Below are positions 1 through 13,335 of a stretch of DNA of 64,000 nt, piece by piece; position 1 is the stretch's first letter; each line of letters opens with the position of its first letter. The translations under genes and the position numbers were made by a program. This DNA comes from Eledone cirrhosa (lineage: Eukaryota). Under the pieces are notes generated by a model. It worked only from the letters and a program-made list of their open reading frames with translations. It did not search any database and was not told the origin of the DNA. The stretch spans positions 41,664,001 through 41,728,000 of the forward strand of contig OZ024749.1 of the NCBI GenBank assembly GCA_964016885.1. Reading direction: 5' to 3'.

Positions 1-383
1 GTTTATTTACCATGTCTACATAGGTTACACGGGTTGTCTATCAATAAAATATATTTTAGTAGGCAAGTTTGTATAAGGGAGGTAACTAAAGGGACATAAC
101 TCAGGTCAACATAGCCATGCAATAGATGAAGATCGATACAACCAGTAGGAAACTGAGGGTGAGTTCGACTAAAACTCTTGAAAGTTGGGTTCCCTTCACG
201 GCCACAGACTCATAACTGAAACCTCCCGTCTATACTCTCCCTCCCCCCGTTCCTTACTTCGGGGTTATAAGAGGCTTAGCTCTGTTTCTCGACCGTTATA
301 TCGCGTGACTATCTCCCCCTCCGCCTTTTGGGATTCTTTCTCACGTCGTGTAGACGCGTTCTTGAGACTAGTAAAATGAGGTA

Positions 384-473
384 TCCTCTTGATAAGTCGG
401 CAGACCTCGCAAGGACTCTATATCTTTATGATGTATTGTTTTTGTTTATGCCACGAAACTACGTAGTCGAGGA
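384..473 (+). ncRNA. Type I hammerhead ribozyme motif (Penelope pLTR-like), U3-A8 core variant
   Basis: Stem I TCCTC(384-388)/GAGGA(469-473); core TTGATAA; stem II GTCGGCA...TGCCAC with a long insert; GAAA 455-458; palindromic stem III CTACGTAG; GTC cleavage triplet. A (TA)n tract follows about 70 bp downstream. Confidence 0.65.
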
Positions 474-542
474 ATCTAGGAGCAGTTTAAGTATGATACA
501 TTTTATTACTAATTATATCTAAATGTTTCTTCTCTTTTCATA

Positions 543-599
<57 letters not shown>

Positions 600-1724
600 A
601 ACACGTATATAAAATCATCCCCATCATGCATGGGTTAGACGGACTCTCATGTTATGAGACCAGACAGGTCTATAGTGAATATAGTTGATTACATTGCCCT
701 CCACATCCACACACACATATATATATTCAAAATCCCTAGTGTTGGTGATTTACACAGTAAACACACCTAGTAGACACTGTACAGTGGTTGGTGATATGAA
801 AGCCATCCAGCCATAGAAAATCCTGCTAAACAAAAGATAGGAAGAACTCTTCAGCTGTGTCAAAGATATGTCAGCTTCTCTAGTGCCATTGTCATGATAA
901 AATGCACTTGGTAGAGTCTGGGACTGTAGGTAAGTGAGATGTGGACCGCCAGCCCATCTGAGGGGTCAATAACTCAGTTAGTGTACCAACCCACTCTGTT
1001 GACTAGGGCCTCTAAGAAAAATTTTGCAAGGTTGTACAAAACCCCCTTTGGGGGCCAATACAGGCAAAGATTTTTCTCAAAATGGATGTTGCATGGCTGT
1101 TGTGGGACCTTCTAAGCTCTTGGAGCCCCCTGGAAAAAAGTACCGGCTGCCCCCCCCCCCCCCCCCCATCTCATGGGTCCTGCTGTTGACAACCTGTGCA
1201 ACCTTTTCTAGTAGTGAAAATGGATGTCAAACGATAATGATGGTGATCATATATTCCTGTACGTATTTTATTAGCTTCGGAATAGTGAAAGGTTTGAAAT
1301 TTCATGAACATTATTACCAAAGACCATGAGTATTACAGATGTACAATCAATGATACAGTCTGCTCATGAAATTAACGTGCAAGTGGCTGCGCATTCTATA
1401 GACAGCTGTGCCTTAAATGTAATTCTCAGGGAGATTCAATGTTACACAGTGTACAGGAAAACTGGAACTCAGAAAGTAACGAGGTATGCAACTAAATACC
1501 ACAGTTCACCACCCTCGTTAAACTAATTACATTAATAATCATTATTTCTCTGTATTTAGTTCGATCTCATTACAGAATGAGTTCAATCCCTGCCACAATC
1601 AACTTCGACTTTTATCTCTTTCTCTCCCTCAAGGGGGGATGATAAATAAAATGATAAAGTGTCCAGCCATGTACTGGCGCCATCAATTCAAACTAAAGAT
1701 ACACACCACCACCATATATTTGTA

Positions 1725-1755
<31 letters not shown>

Positions 1756-1801
1756 GAATATCTATATACACATATATATATGAATATTTGTTTCTCTCTC
1801 A

Positions 1802-1838
<37 letters not shown>

Positions 1839-1875
1839 CATACACATATATATATGAATATTTGTTTCTCTCTCA

Positions 1876-1961
<86 letters not shown>

Positions 1962-2389
1962 CAATGGCCAATTGCCAATGTTTTTGTTTTGTTTTAAAAA
2001 GTTGATCGATTCTTCCTGCAGACAGGAAACTCTGATATAATAACAACAACAACAGCAACATCAACAAAAACATCAATATGTAAACAAACAGCCATTGGAT
2101 CAACAACAACAATACCACCATCACCAACAACATGTATACATATATATATATATTAACAGCCATTGGACCAAATGTTTTTATCACATACTGAGGAAAGATT
2201 GATCTTCGGTAATAAATCTTTCTAAGATAGGCACAATTTGTGAGGAGGAGAAAGTCGATTATATTGCCCCTCTTCCACCCCAGTATTTAACTGGTACTTT
2301 ATTTTATTGTAGGAAGTTGTAACTAAATACGCCAAAGCCTTTTGTCTGATGCTCTGCCGATCCTGGCAAGCCATCGCCCTAGGGAGCAA

Positions 2390-2790
2390 TGGCAACAGTA
2401 ACAACAATAACATCAACTACATCAACATCCACTATAAAAACCTCAACATCAACTGCAATAAAAACAGCAGCAACAATAACAGCATCATCATCAATAGCAA
2501 CAATGACAACACCATCAACTACAACAGTAACATCAACATCAACTACAATAACAACACCATCAACTACAACAGTAACAACATCAACATCAACTACAATAGT
2601 AACAACACCATCAACTACAACAGTAACAACATCAACTACAATAACAACACCATCAACAACAACAGTAACAACACCATCAACAACAACAGTAACAACACCA
2701 TCAACAACAACAGTAACAACACCATCAACAACAACAGTAACAACACCATCAACTACAACAGTAACACCATTGTCAACAACAACATGTAAA
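2390..2790. repeat. (AAC/ATC)-rich ~24-bp minisatellite
   Basis: Repeated AACAGTAACAACACCATCAACAAC; explains the overlapping N-, T- and V-rich ORFs. Confidence 0.9.
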
Positions 2791-2859
2791 TAACCATCCA
2801 CTGGACCAACAATGTTTATGATATAGTGGGAGGTAGAGGTAACAAAGTAACAGTCTACT

Positions 2860-3100
2860 ACATGGCCCGGTGGTTAGGGTGTTAGACTTAATATCATAAT
2901 GTCGATGGTTTGATTCCTAGTTTGGGTTGTGTGTTGAGTATTTGAACAAAACATTTCATTTCATGTTGCTCTACTACACTCAGCTGAAAATGAGTGAATA
3001 CAAGCAGTGGCTGGGAGTTTAACCCAGCGATGGACTGGCATCCTGTCCATGGGGAAGGAAGTCTTGTACTCTCAAGGAAACCATGATAAACACATAAACA
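2860..3100 (+). mobile_element. tRNA-derived SINE, decayed
   Basis: A-box-like TGGCCCGGTGGTTAG, B-box-like GGTTTGATTCC, then TTGAACAAAACATTTCATTTCA...CTCAGCTG, shared with copies at 20.6, 29.4 and 53.3 kb. Confidence 0.6.
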
Positions 3101-3244
3101 CCAGCCTAATGAATCTCTGGCCTTGAGACACATTTTAGACTTTAGAGACATTTTAAAATGATACAGCATGATTTGAAGGAGATTTGGTAGCTATTTCTAG
3201 CAAGATGAGCAACTGTACAGAGGCATCTACTAGAGTTAATTCTC

Positions 3245-4126
3245 TCTTTCTCTCTTGCTTTCTCCTTCTATCTCTGGTCTCTCTTTCTATCTCTCGCTTT
3301 CTCTTTCTATCTCTGGTCTCTCTTTCTATCTCTCGATTTCTCCTTCTATCTCTGGTCTCTCTTTCTATCTCTGGTCTCTCTTTCTATCTCTCGCTTTCTC
3401 TTTCTATCTCTGGTCTCTCTTTCTATCTCTGGTCTCTCTTTCTATCTCTCGCTTTCTCTTTCTATCTCTGGTCTCTCTTTCTATCTCTGGTCTCTCTTTC
3501 TATCTCTCGCTTTCTCTTTCTATCTCTGGTCTCTCTTTCTATCTCTCGATTTCTCCTTCTATCTCTGGTCTCTCTTTCTATCTCTCGCTTTCTCTTTCTA
3601 TCTCTGGTCTCTCTTTCTATCTCTGGTCTCTCTTTCTATCTCTCGCTTTCTCTTTCTATCTCTCGCTTTCTCCTTCTATCTCTGGTCTCTCTTTCTATCT
3701 CTGGTCTCTCTTTCTATCTCTCGCTTTCTCTTTCTATCTCTGGTCTCTCTTTCTATCTCTGGTCTCTCTTTCTATCTCTCGCTTTCTCTTTCTATCTCTG
3801 GTCTCTCTTTCTATCTCTGGTCTCTCTTTCTATCTCTCGATTTCTTCTTCTATCTCTGGTCTCTCTTTCTATCTCTCGATTTCTTCTTCTATCTCTGGTC
3901 TCTCTTTCTCTCTCTGGTCTCTCTTTCTATCTCTCGCTTTCTCTTTCTATCTCTGGTCTCTCTTTCTATCTCTGGTCTCTCTTTCTATCTCTCGCTTTCT
4001 CTTTCTATCTCTCGCTTTCTCCTTCTATCTCTGGTCTCTCTTTCTATCTCTGGTCTCTCTTTCTATCTCTCGCTTTCTCTTTCTATCTCTGGTCTCTCCT
4101 TCTATCCCTGGTCTCTCTTTCTCTCT
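3245..4126. repeat. 18-bp pyrimidine minisatellite
   Basis: Tandem TCTCTTTCTATCTCTGGT / TCTCTTTCTATCTCTCGC variants. Confidence 0.95.
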
Positions 4127-4669
4127 GGGCTCTGCCAGAATTAACTACCGTATATCTCTGCGGCACCCATCAACTACACAACTACAACAACACCAACAAC
4201 ATATAAATATACATCCATTGGACCAACTTTTTTAATCAGATAGTGGGATAGTAGAGGTTGATTGATCAATGGATACAATAACACCACCAACAACAACACC
4301 AACAAGAACCACGTGTAAATAAACAGCCATTGGAGAAACTGTTTATATCACATAGTAGGCAGAGGAAGATCAATGGTAACAACAACACCAACATCAACAA
4401 CAAATCAACATAAACATCAACAACAACAATATTAACATCAACAACATCAACAATACTAATATCATCAACAACATCAACAATAACATCAACAATAACAACA
4501 AATCAACAGCATCAACAGCAACACTACCATCAACAACAACAACACCACCTCCAACTCCACTATTACCAACGCCAATAACAACAACAACAACCACAACATT
4601 TACATGTAAATAAACAGCCATTGGAGCAACTGTTTATATCACATAGTGGGTAGAGGGAGATCAATGATA

Positions 4670-6800
4670 ACAACATGTAAACAACACCACCACCACCAAC
4701 AACAACAACATGTAAACAACACCAGCACCACCAATAACAACAACAACATGTAAACAACACCAGCACCACCAACAACAACAACATGTAAACAACACCAACA
4801 ACATGTAAACAACACCAACACCACCACCACCAACAACAACAACATATAAACAACACCAGCACCAACAACATCAACAATAACATGTAAACAACACCAGCAC
4901 CAACAACATCACCTACAACATGTAAACAACACCAGCACCACCAACAACATCACCAACAACATGTAAACAACACCAGCACCACCAACAACATCACCTACAA
5001 CAACATGTAAACAACACCAGCACCATCAACAACAACATGTAAACAACACCAGCACCACCAACAACATGTAAACAACACCAGCACCATCAACAACATCACC
5101 TACAACAACATGTAAACAACACCAGCACCATCAACAACATCACCTACAACAACATGTAAACAACACCAGCACCATCAACAACATCACCTACAACAACATG
5201 TAAACAACACCAGCACCATCAACAACAACATGTAAACAACACCAGCACCACCAACAACATGTAAACAACACCAGCACCATCAACAACATCACCTACAACA
5301 ACATGTAAACAACACCAGCACCATCAACAACATCACCTACAACAACATGTAAACAACACCAGCACCATCAACAACATCATGTAAACAACACCAGCACCAT
5401 CAACAACATCACCTACAACAACATGTAAACAACACCAGCACCATCAACAACAACATGTAAACAACACCAGCACCATCAACAACACCATGTAAACAACACC
5501 AGCACCATCAACAACATCACCTACAACAACATGTAAACAACACCAGCACCATCAACAACATCACCTACAACAACATGTAAACAACACCAGCACCATCAAC
5601 AACATCATGTAAACAACACCAGCACCATCAACAACATCACCTACAACAACATGTAAACAACACCAGCACCATCAACAACAACATGTAAACAACACCAGCA
5701 CCATCAACAACATCATGTAAACAACACCAGCACCATCAACAACATCACCTACAACAACATGTAAACAACACCAGCACCATCAACAACAACATGTAAACAA
5801 CACCAGCACCATCAACAACATCATGTAAACAACACCAGCACCATCAACAACGTCACCTACAACAACATGTAAACAACACCAGCACCATCAACAACATGTA
5901 AACAACACCAGCACCATCAACAACAACATGTAAACAACACCAGCACCATCAACAACATGTAAACAACACCAGCACCATCAACAACATGTAAACAACACCA
6001 GCACCATCAACAACAACATGTAAACAACAACATGTAAACAACACCAGCACCATCAACATGTAAACAACACCAGCACCATCAACAACATCACCTACAACAA
6101 CATGTAAACAACACCAGCACCATCAACAACAACATGTAAACAACACCAGCACCATCAACAACATCATGTAAACAACACCAGCACCATCAACAACATCACC
6201 TACAACAACATGTAAACAACACCAGCACCATCAACAACAACATGTAAACAACACCAGCACCATCAACAACATCATGTAAACAACACCAGCACCATCAACA
6301 ACATCACCTACAACAACATGTAAACAACACCAGCACCATCAACAACAACATGTAAACAACACCAGCACCATCAACAACAACATGTAAACAACAACATGTA
6401 AACAACACCAGCACCATCAACATGTAAACAACACCAGCACCATCAACATGTAAACAACACCAGCACCATCAACAACATCACCTACAACAACATGTAAACA
6501 ACACCAGCACCATCAACAACAACATGTAAACAACACCAGCACCATCAACAACAGCATGTAAACAACACCAGCACCATCAACAACATGTAAACAACACCAG
6601 CACCATCAACAACAACATGTAAACAACACCAGCACCATCAACAACATGTAAACAACACCAGCACCATCAACAACAACATGTAAACAACAACATGTAAACA
6701 ACACCAGCACCATCAACAACATGTAACCAACAACAACACCACCACCAACAACATATAAATAGCACCAACATCAACAACATATAAACAACACCAGCACCAA
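4670..6800. repeat. Minisatellite, 27-45 bp units
   Basis: Tandem AACATGTAAACAACACCAGCACCATCAAC, with an optional AACATCACCTAC insert. Confidence 0.95.
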
Positions 6801-7729
6801 CAACAACACCAACAACCACACAAATCATCATCAACATCATCATCAACAACATATAAACAGCCATTGGAGCAACTGTTTATATCACATAGTGGGTAGAGGC
6901 AATCAATGGTAACAACAACACCAATAACAACATCAACAACAAATCAACATAAACATCAACATCAACACCACCAACAACACTACCAGCAACATCAACACCA
7001 TCACCACCCTCACCACCACCAACAACACCAACAACAACATTAACACCACCACCAACAACACTACCAGCAACATCAACACCACCACCACCACCTCCAACAA
7101 CACCACCAACATAAACAACACCCCCACCCCCACCACCTCCAACATCAACAACACCACCAACATAAGCATCAACACCACCCCCACCCCCACCACCTCCAAC
7201 ATCAACAACATTAACAACACCACCAACATAAACAACAACACCACTAACAACACTACCAGCAACACCACCACCACCACCTCCAACATTAACAACACCACCA
7301 ACAACACTACCAGCAACATCAACACCACCAACATAAACATCAACACCACCACCACCAACATAAACAACAACAACACCAACAACACTACCAGCAACATCAC
7401 CCCCCCCCCCCCACACACACACACACACCAACTACAACCACAACATGTAAATAAACAGCCATTGGAGCAACTGTTTTTATCACATAGTGGGTAGAGGGAG
7501 ATCAATGGTAACAGCAACACCAATAACAACAACACCAACAACACCAATAACATCATCAATACCAACAACACCAACAACATCATCATTATCAACAACACTA
7601 ACAGCCACAACATGTAAACAGCCATTGGAACAACTGTTTTTTATCACAGAGAGTGGGAAGAGGAAAATGAACCAATGGATTCCTCTTCTAAATAGTTGGA
7701 TAGTTTTAAATTGACAAACCTTTCACTGT

Positions 7730-8275
7730 AATACACACAGACACACACTCACAGACACACTGATGCACAGACACACATACACACTGATGCATACAGACAG
7801 ACACACACACTGACAGTGATGCACAGACACACTGATGCACAGACACACATATACACTGATGCATACAGACAGACACACACACACACACACTGACACTGAC
7901 ACACAGATACACTGATGCACACAGACACACACATACAGACACACACACTGACAGTGATGCACAGATACACTGATGCACACAGACACACATATACACTGAC
8001 ACATACAGACACACACACACACACACTGACACAGACACACATACACACTGAGACACACTAATTCATACAGACATACACGTACACTAATGCACACAGATAC
8101 ACATGCACACTAAGACACACAGATGCATACATGACATACACCATACACACTGAGATACACTAATGCATAGACATACACATACACACTGAGACACACTAAT
8201 GCATACAGATACACATACACACAGACAAACATATACATAGACACAGATACACACAGACACAACATGCACGCACAC
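7730..8275. repeat. Compound (CA)/(CAGA) minisatellite
   Basis: Repeated ACACTGATGCACAGACAC units. Confidence 0.85.
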
Positions 8276-8869
8276 GTCGATACAGTTGGCCTTTAATATG
8301 CAACAGGAATCCATTTGTTTGTGAGCATGGCTAAAGGTACTTTAGCCACACATGTCAATACTAACACCACCACCACCACCACCACCACCATCACCACCAT
8401 CATCACCAACAAGAACAATGCCATCCACACCATCGCCACCATCACCACCACCACCACCACCATCATCATCATCACCAACAACAACAACAGCACCATCCAC
8501 ACCAACACTTCCATCATCATCACCACCACCAACAACAACAGCACCATCATCACCAACACCAACACCTCCATCATCATCATCATCATCATGATGATCATCA
8601 TCATCATCACCACCACCACCATCATCATCACCAACACCACCACCACCACCACCACCACCAATACTAGCACCAACATCACTGCCACTATCACCTCTACTAC
8701 CAGTAATACCGCCATCATGACCAGTAGTGGTGGTGGTGGTGAAGTGGTGGTGGTGGTGGTGGTGGTGAAGTGGTAGAAATGGTGGTGGTGGTGGTGATGA
8801 TAGTGCAGCGACGCAGTAAACAAGAGTGCAGCCAATCCATGCAGAGGCTACGGTCTGTCGCACTGGAAT

Positions 8870-11062
8870 AGAGTGGTGGTTGTGGTGGTGGCAAGTGATG
8901 GTTGTGGTGATGATGATGGTGGTGGTGGTGGCATTGGTGGTGATGGCAGTGGTGGTGGTGGAGGTGATGATGGTGGAATTGGTGGTGATGGCAGTGGTGG
9001 AGGTGGTAGTAATAATAGTAGTGCTGATGGTGATGGCAGTGGTGGTGGTGGTGGCGATGGTGGTGGAATTGGTGGTGGTGGAGGTGGTAGTAATAATAGT
9101 AGTGCTGATGGTGATGGCAGTGGTGGTGGTGGTGGTGGTGGTGGTGGAATTGGTGGTGATGGCGGTGGTGGAGGTGGTAGTAATAATAGTAGTGCTGATG
9201 GTGATGGCAGTGGTGGTGGTGGTGGCGATGGTGGTGGAATTGGTGGTGATGGCAGTGGTGGAGGTGGTAGTAATAATAGTAGTGCTGATGGTGATGGCAG
9301 TGGTGGTGGTGGTGGTGGTGGTGGTGGAATTGGTGGTGATGGCGGTGGTGGAGGTGGTAGTAATAATAGTAGTGCTGATGGTGATGGCAGTGGTGGTGGT
9401 GGTGGTGGTGGTGGTGGAATTGGTGGTGATGGCGGTGGTGGAGGTGGTAGTAATAATAGTAGTGCTGATGGTGATGGCAGTGGTGGTGGTGGTGGTGGTG
9501 GTGGTGGAATTGGTGGTGATGGCGGTGGTGGAGGTGGTAGTAATAATAGTAGTGCTGATGGTGATGGCAGTGGTGGTGGTGGTGGCGATGGTGGTGGAAT
9601 TGGTGGTGATGGCAGTGGTGGAGGTGGTAGTAATAATAGTAGTGCTGATGGTGATGGCAGTGGTGGTGGTGGTGGTGGTGGTGGTGGAATTGGTGGTGAT
9701 GGCGGTGGTGGAGGTGGTAGTAATAATAGTAGTGCTGATGGTGATGGCAGTGGTGGTGGTGGTGGTGGTGGTGGTGGAATTGGTGGTGATGGCGGTGGTG
9801 GAGGTGGTAGTAATAATAGTAGTGCTGATGGTGATGGCAGTGGTGGTGGTGGTGGTGGTGGTGGTGGAATTGGTGGTGATGGCGGTGGTGGAGGTGGTAG
9901 TAATAATAGTAGTGCTGATGGTGATGGCAGTGGTGGTGGTGGTGGCGATGGTGGTGGAATTGGTGGTGATGGCGGTGGTGGAGGTGGTAGTAATAATAGT
10001 AGTGCTGATGGTGATGGCAGTGGTGGTGGTGGTGGTGGTGGTGGTGGAATTGGTGGTGATGGCGGTGGTGGAGGTGGTAGTAATAATAGTAGTGCTGATG
10101 GTGATGGCAGTGGTGGTGGTGGTGGTGGTGGAATTGGTGGTGATGGCGGTGGTGGAGGTGGTAGTAATAATAGTAGTGCTGATGGTGATGGCAGTGGTGG
10201 TGGTGGTGGTGGTGGTGGTGGAATTGGTGGTGATGGCGGTGGTGGAGGTGGTAGTAATAATAGTAGTGCTGATGGTGATGGCAGTGGTGGTGGTGGTGGC
10301 GATGGTGGTGGAATTGGTGGTGATGGCAGTGGTGGAGGTGGTAGTAATAATAGTAGTGCTGATGGTGATGGCAGTGGTGGTGGTGGTGGTGGTGGTGGTG
10401 GAATTGGTGGTGATGGCGGTGGTGGAGGTGGTAGTAATAATAGTAGTGCTGATGGTGATGGCAGTGGTGGTGGTGGTGGCGATGGTGGTGGAATTGGTGG
10501 TGGTGGAGGTGGTAGTAATAATAGTAGTGCTGATGGTGATGGCAGTGGTGGTGGTGGTGGTGGTGGTGGTGGAATTGGTGGTGATGGCGGTGGTGGAGGT
10601 GGTAGTAATAATAGTAGTGCTGATGGTGATGGCAGTGGTGGTGGTGGGGGTGGTGGTGGTGGTGGTGATGGCAGTGGTGGTGGAGGTGGTGGTGGTGGTG
10701 GTGGTGATGGCAGTGGTGGTGGAGGTGGTGGTGGTGGAGGCAGTGGCAGTGGTGGTGGTGATGGCAGTGGCAGTGGTGGTAGTAACAATAGTAGTGCTGA
10801 TGGCGATGGCGATGGCAGTGGTGGTGGTGGTGGTGATGGCAGTGGTGGTGGAGGTGGTGGAGGTGGTGGCAGTGGCAGTGGTGGTGGTGGTGGTGATGGT
10901 GATGGCAGTGGTGGAGGTGGAGGAGGTGATGGCAGTAGTGGAGGTGGTGGTGGAGGTGGTAGTGGTGGTGGTGGAGGTGGTGGTGGGGGTGGGGGTGGAG
11001 GTGGGGGTGGAGGTGGTAGTGGTGGTGGTAGTGGTGGTGGTGGTGGTGGTGGAGGTGGTGGT
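8870..11062. repeat. GGT-based array with a homogeneous 60-bp core unit (about 8940-10640)
   Basis: Unit TAATAATAGTAGTGCTGATGGTGATGGCAG(TGG)nAATTGGTGGTGATGGCGGTGGTGGAGGTGGTAG repeats in register with the 60-nt lines. Confidence 0.95.
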
Positions 11063-11511
11063 ATTGACCAAACAACACTGCCTCTGCATTCCTTCACTGT
11101 GCATTCACTGCTTATTTTGCCAACAACAATGATGATCATAGTGACAGTGGTGGTGGTGGTATGGTAGTGGTGGTGGTATGGTAGTGGTGGTGGTGGTGAT
11201 GTTATGGCGGTGGTGGTGATGGTGTGGTAGTGGTGATGGTGTGGTAGTGGTGGTGGTATGGTAGTGGTGGTGATGTTATGGCGGTGGTGATGATGGTGTG
11301 GTAGTGGCGATGATGGTGTGGTGGTGGTGGTGATGGTGATGATGGTATGGTGGTGGTGATGATGGTATGGTGGCGGTGATGATGGTGTGGTGGTGGTGCT
11401 GATAATGGCATGGTGGCGGTGATAATGGCATGGTGGTGGTGATGATCATGGAGACAAGGTTGGTGATGGTGATAATGTCAATATAGATAATATCACAACA
11501 GTGATGATGAA

Positions 11512-11561
<50 letters not shown>

Positions 11562-11769
11562 CAATTATTATAATGCTGATTATGATGATGATTTCATTTG
11601 GTTTCATTCAATGGATGTTAAATGTTGGTCTTGGGATCAGACAATGGAAATATCATCATCATCATCAACATCATTTTTATCATTATCATCATCACCATCT
11701 TTCCTCATTATCACATTCCTTTCATTATCATCAAATTCCTCTTTCATCATAATTATCATCATCATAATC

Positions 11770-12615
11770 AAAGAGAACAAAACCCTGATTCCGTCAGGGA
11801 AATGGCCATGTTAGATATGCAGAAAAGAAACTGGCATAAATTCTATAAAATGCACACAATGCAGATCCTGGGTACACAAGAGATGTAGTGGGATAGCAGG
11901 CAAACTAACAGGTAGGGAGAAATACGTATGCAGTAGATGTACAGGGAAATTAGACAGTAGAAGTCGCATTGATAGACACATTTTTCAAATGCAGGCGGGT
12001 GCTATAGAAGTGGTGGATAGCTTCCGGTACCTAGGAGATCAGATTAGCATAGGAGAGGGGTGTTCCGAGGCCATAGTATCTAGAATAAGGACGGGTTGGA
12101 AGTTTAGGGAGCTACTTCCTCTGCTGACAAAGAAGGGTTTCTCCCTGCATATGAAAGGCCGGTTATATGATGCCTGTGTGAGGAGCGCAATGTTGCAAGG
12201 TAGTGAGACATGGGCAGCCACTGCAGAGGATATGCGCCGGCTGGAGAGAAATGAGGCAAGCATGCTCCGTTGGATGTGCAATGTCAATGTGCGTGAACGA
12301 CCCAGCATGGATGTGTTGAGAGAGAAACTGCGTCTGAGAGGGATAGAATGTAGTGTGCGAGAGAGGAGGCTGCGGTGGTATGGACATGTGATGCGCATGG
12401 AGGATGACCGATGGGTGATGAAGGAAGACGTGGTAGAGGTAGACTACGAAAAATATGGGCGGAGGTGATGAGAACAGACCTCAGATCACTGAAGCTCACG
12501 GTGGAGATGACGAAGGATCGTGACAAGTGGAGAGATGCTGTGCTGAATAAGACCCGCCCCACCCTTGCAAGCAGGGAAAAGCGGACGTAAAATGATGATG
12601 ATGATGATGATGATA
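11770..12615 (+). mobile_element. 5'-truncated RTE-clade LINE (RT C-terminal part), pseudogenised
   Basis: Translation contains EVVDSFRYLG, LYDACVRSAMLQGSETW and RRLRWYGHVMRM; in-frame stop and frameshifts; 3' end CCCACCCTTGCAAGCAGGGAAAAGCGGACGTAAA followed by an (ATG)n tail. Confidence 0.9.
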
Positions 12616-12869
12616 ATCATTATCGCCATCATCTTCCATTGTTGATCATCATCATCATCATCATTATCACCATCGTCCACTATCATTTCATTCCTCTTTC
12701 ATCATCATCATCTTCATCTTTCATCATAGTGGGAGGAGAGAGATCAATGGTAACAACATCAATAACAACAACATCAATAACAACAACAGCACCAACAACA
12801 ACAACCATAACATGTAAATAAACAGCCATTGGAGGAACTGTTTTTTATCACACAGAGTGGGTAGAGGAA

Positions 12870-13200
12870 GCTAACCATGGCAGGATTTGAATTCAGAATG
12901 TAAAAGGCCATAACTCTATGCCGCAAAGCATGTTGTCCGACGCTCTACCGATTTTGCCAACCTACTGTTTTTAATAATAATGATTTCTACTTTAGGCACA
13001 AGGCTAGTAATTTCATGGGGGAGGAACATTGATTATATGGACCCCAGTATTTGACTGGTACCTTATTTTACTGACCCTGGAAGGGGTGAAAGGCAAAGTT
13101 GATCTCATCTGGATTTGAACTCAGGACATAAAAAGCCAAAAGAAATACCATGAAGCATTTTGTCCGACGCTCTACCGCATCTACCAATCCCACACCTTTA
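12870..13200 (-). mobile_element. Two adjacent tRNA-derived SINE fragments
   Basis: GGATTTGAACTCAG (B-box on the minus strand) and GTCCGACGCTCTACC each occur twice; core GACCCCAGTA.TTGACTGGTAC. Confidence 0.65.
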
Positions 13201-13335
13201 ACAACAACAATGGTATTACTAGGGCTTAAAAAAACACTACAATTTGCCAAATGTACCGATTGACTGGGAAATAAAATGTTGGTTGGTCTTTAATGACAAC
13301 AAACAAGCAATTATGAATTGGCACTGACTTAAATC

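Noticed and set aside
4670-6800. CRISPR-like repeat/spacer appearance (also 17895-18428)
   Set aside because: The spacers are not unique, the context is eukaryotic, and there are no cas genes.
11989-12468. Functional reverse transcriptase CDS (also 29735-30160 and 57605-58207)
   Set aside because: Truncated, with stops and frameshifts; annotated as LINE relics.
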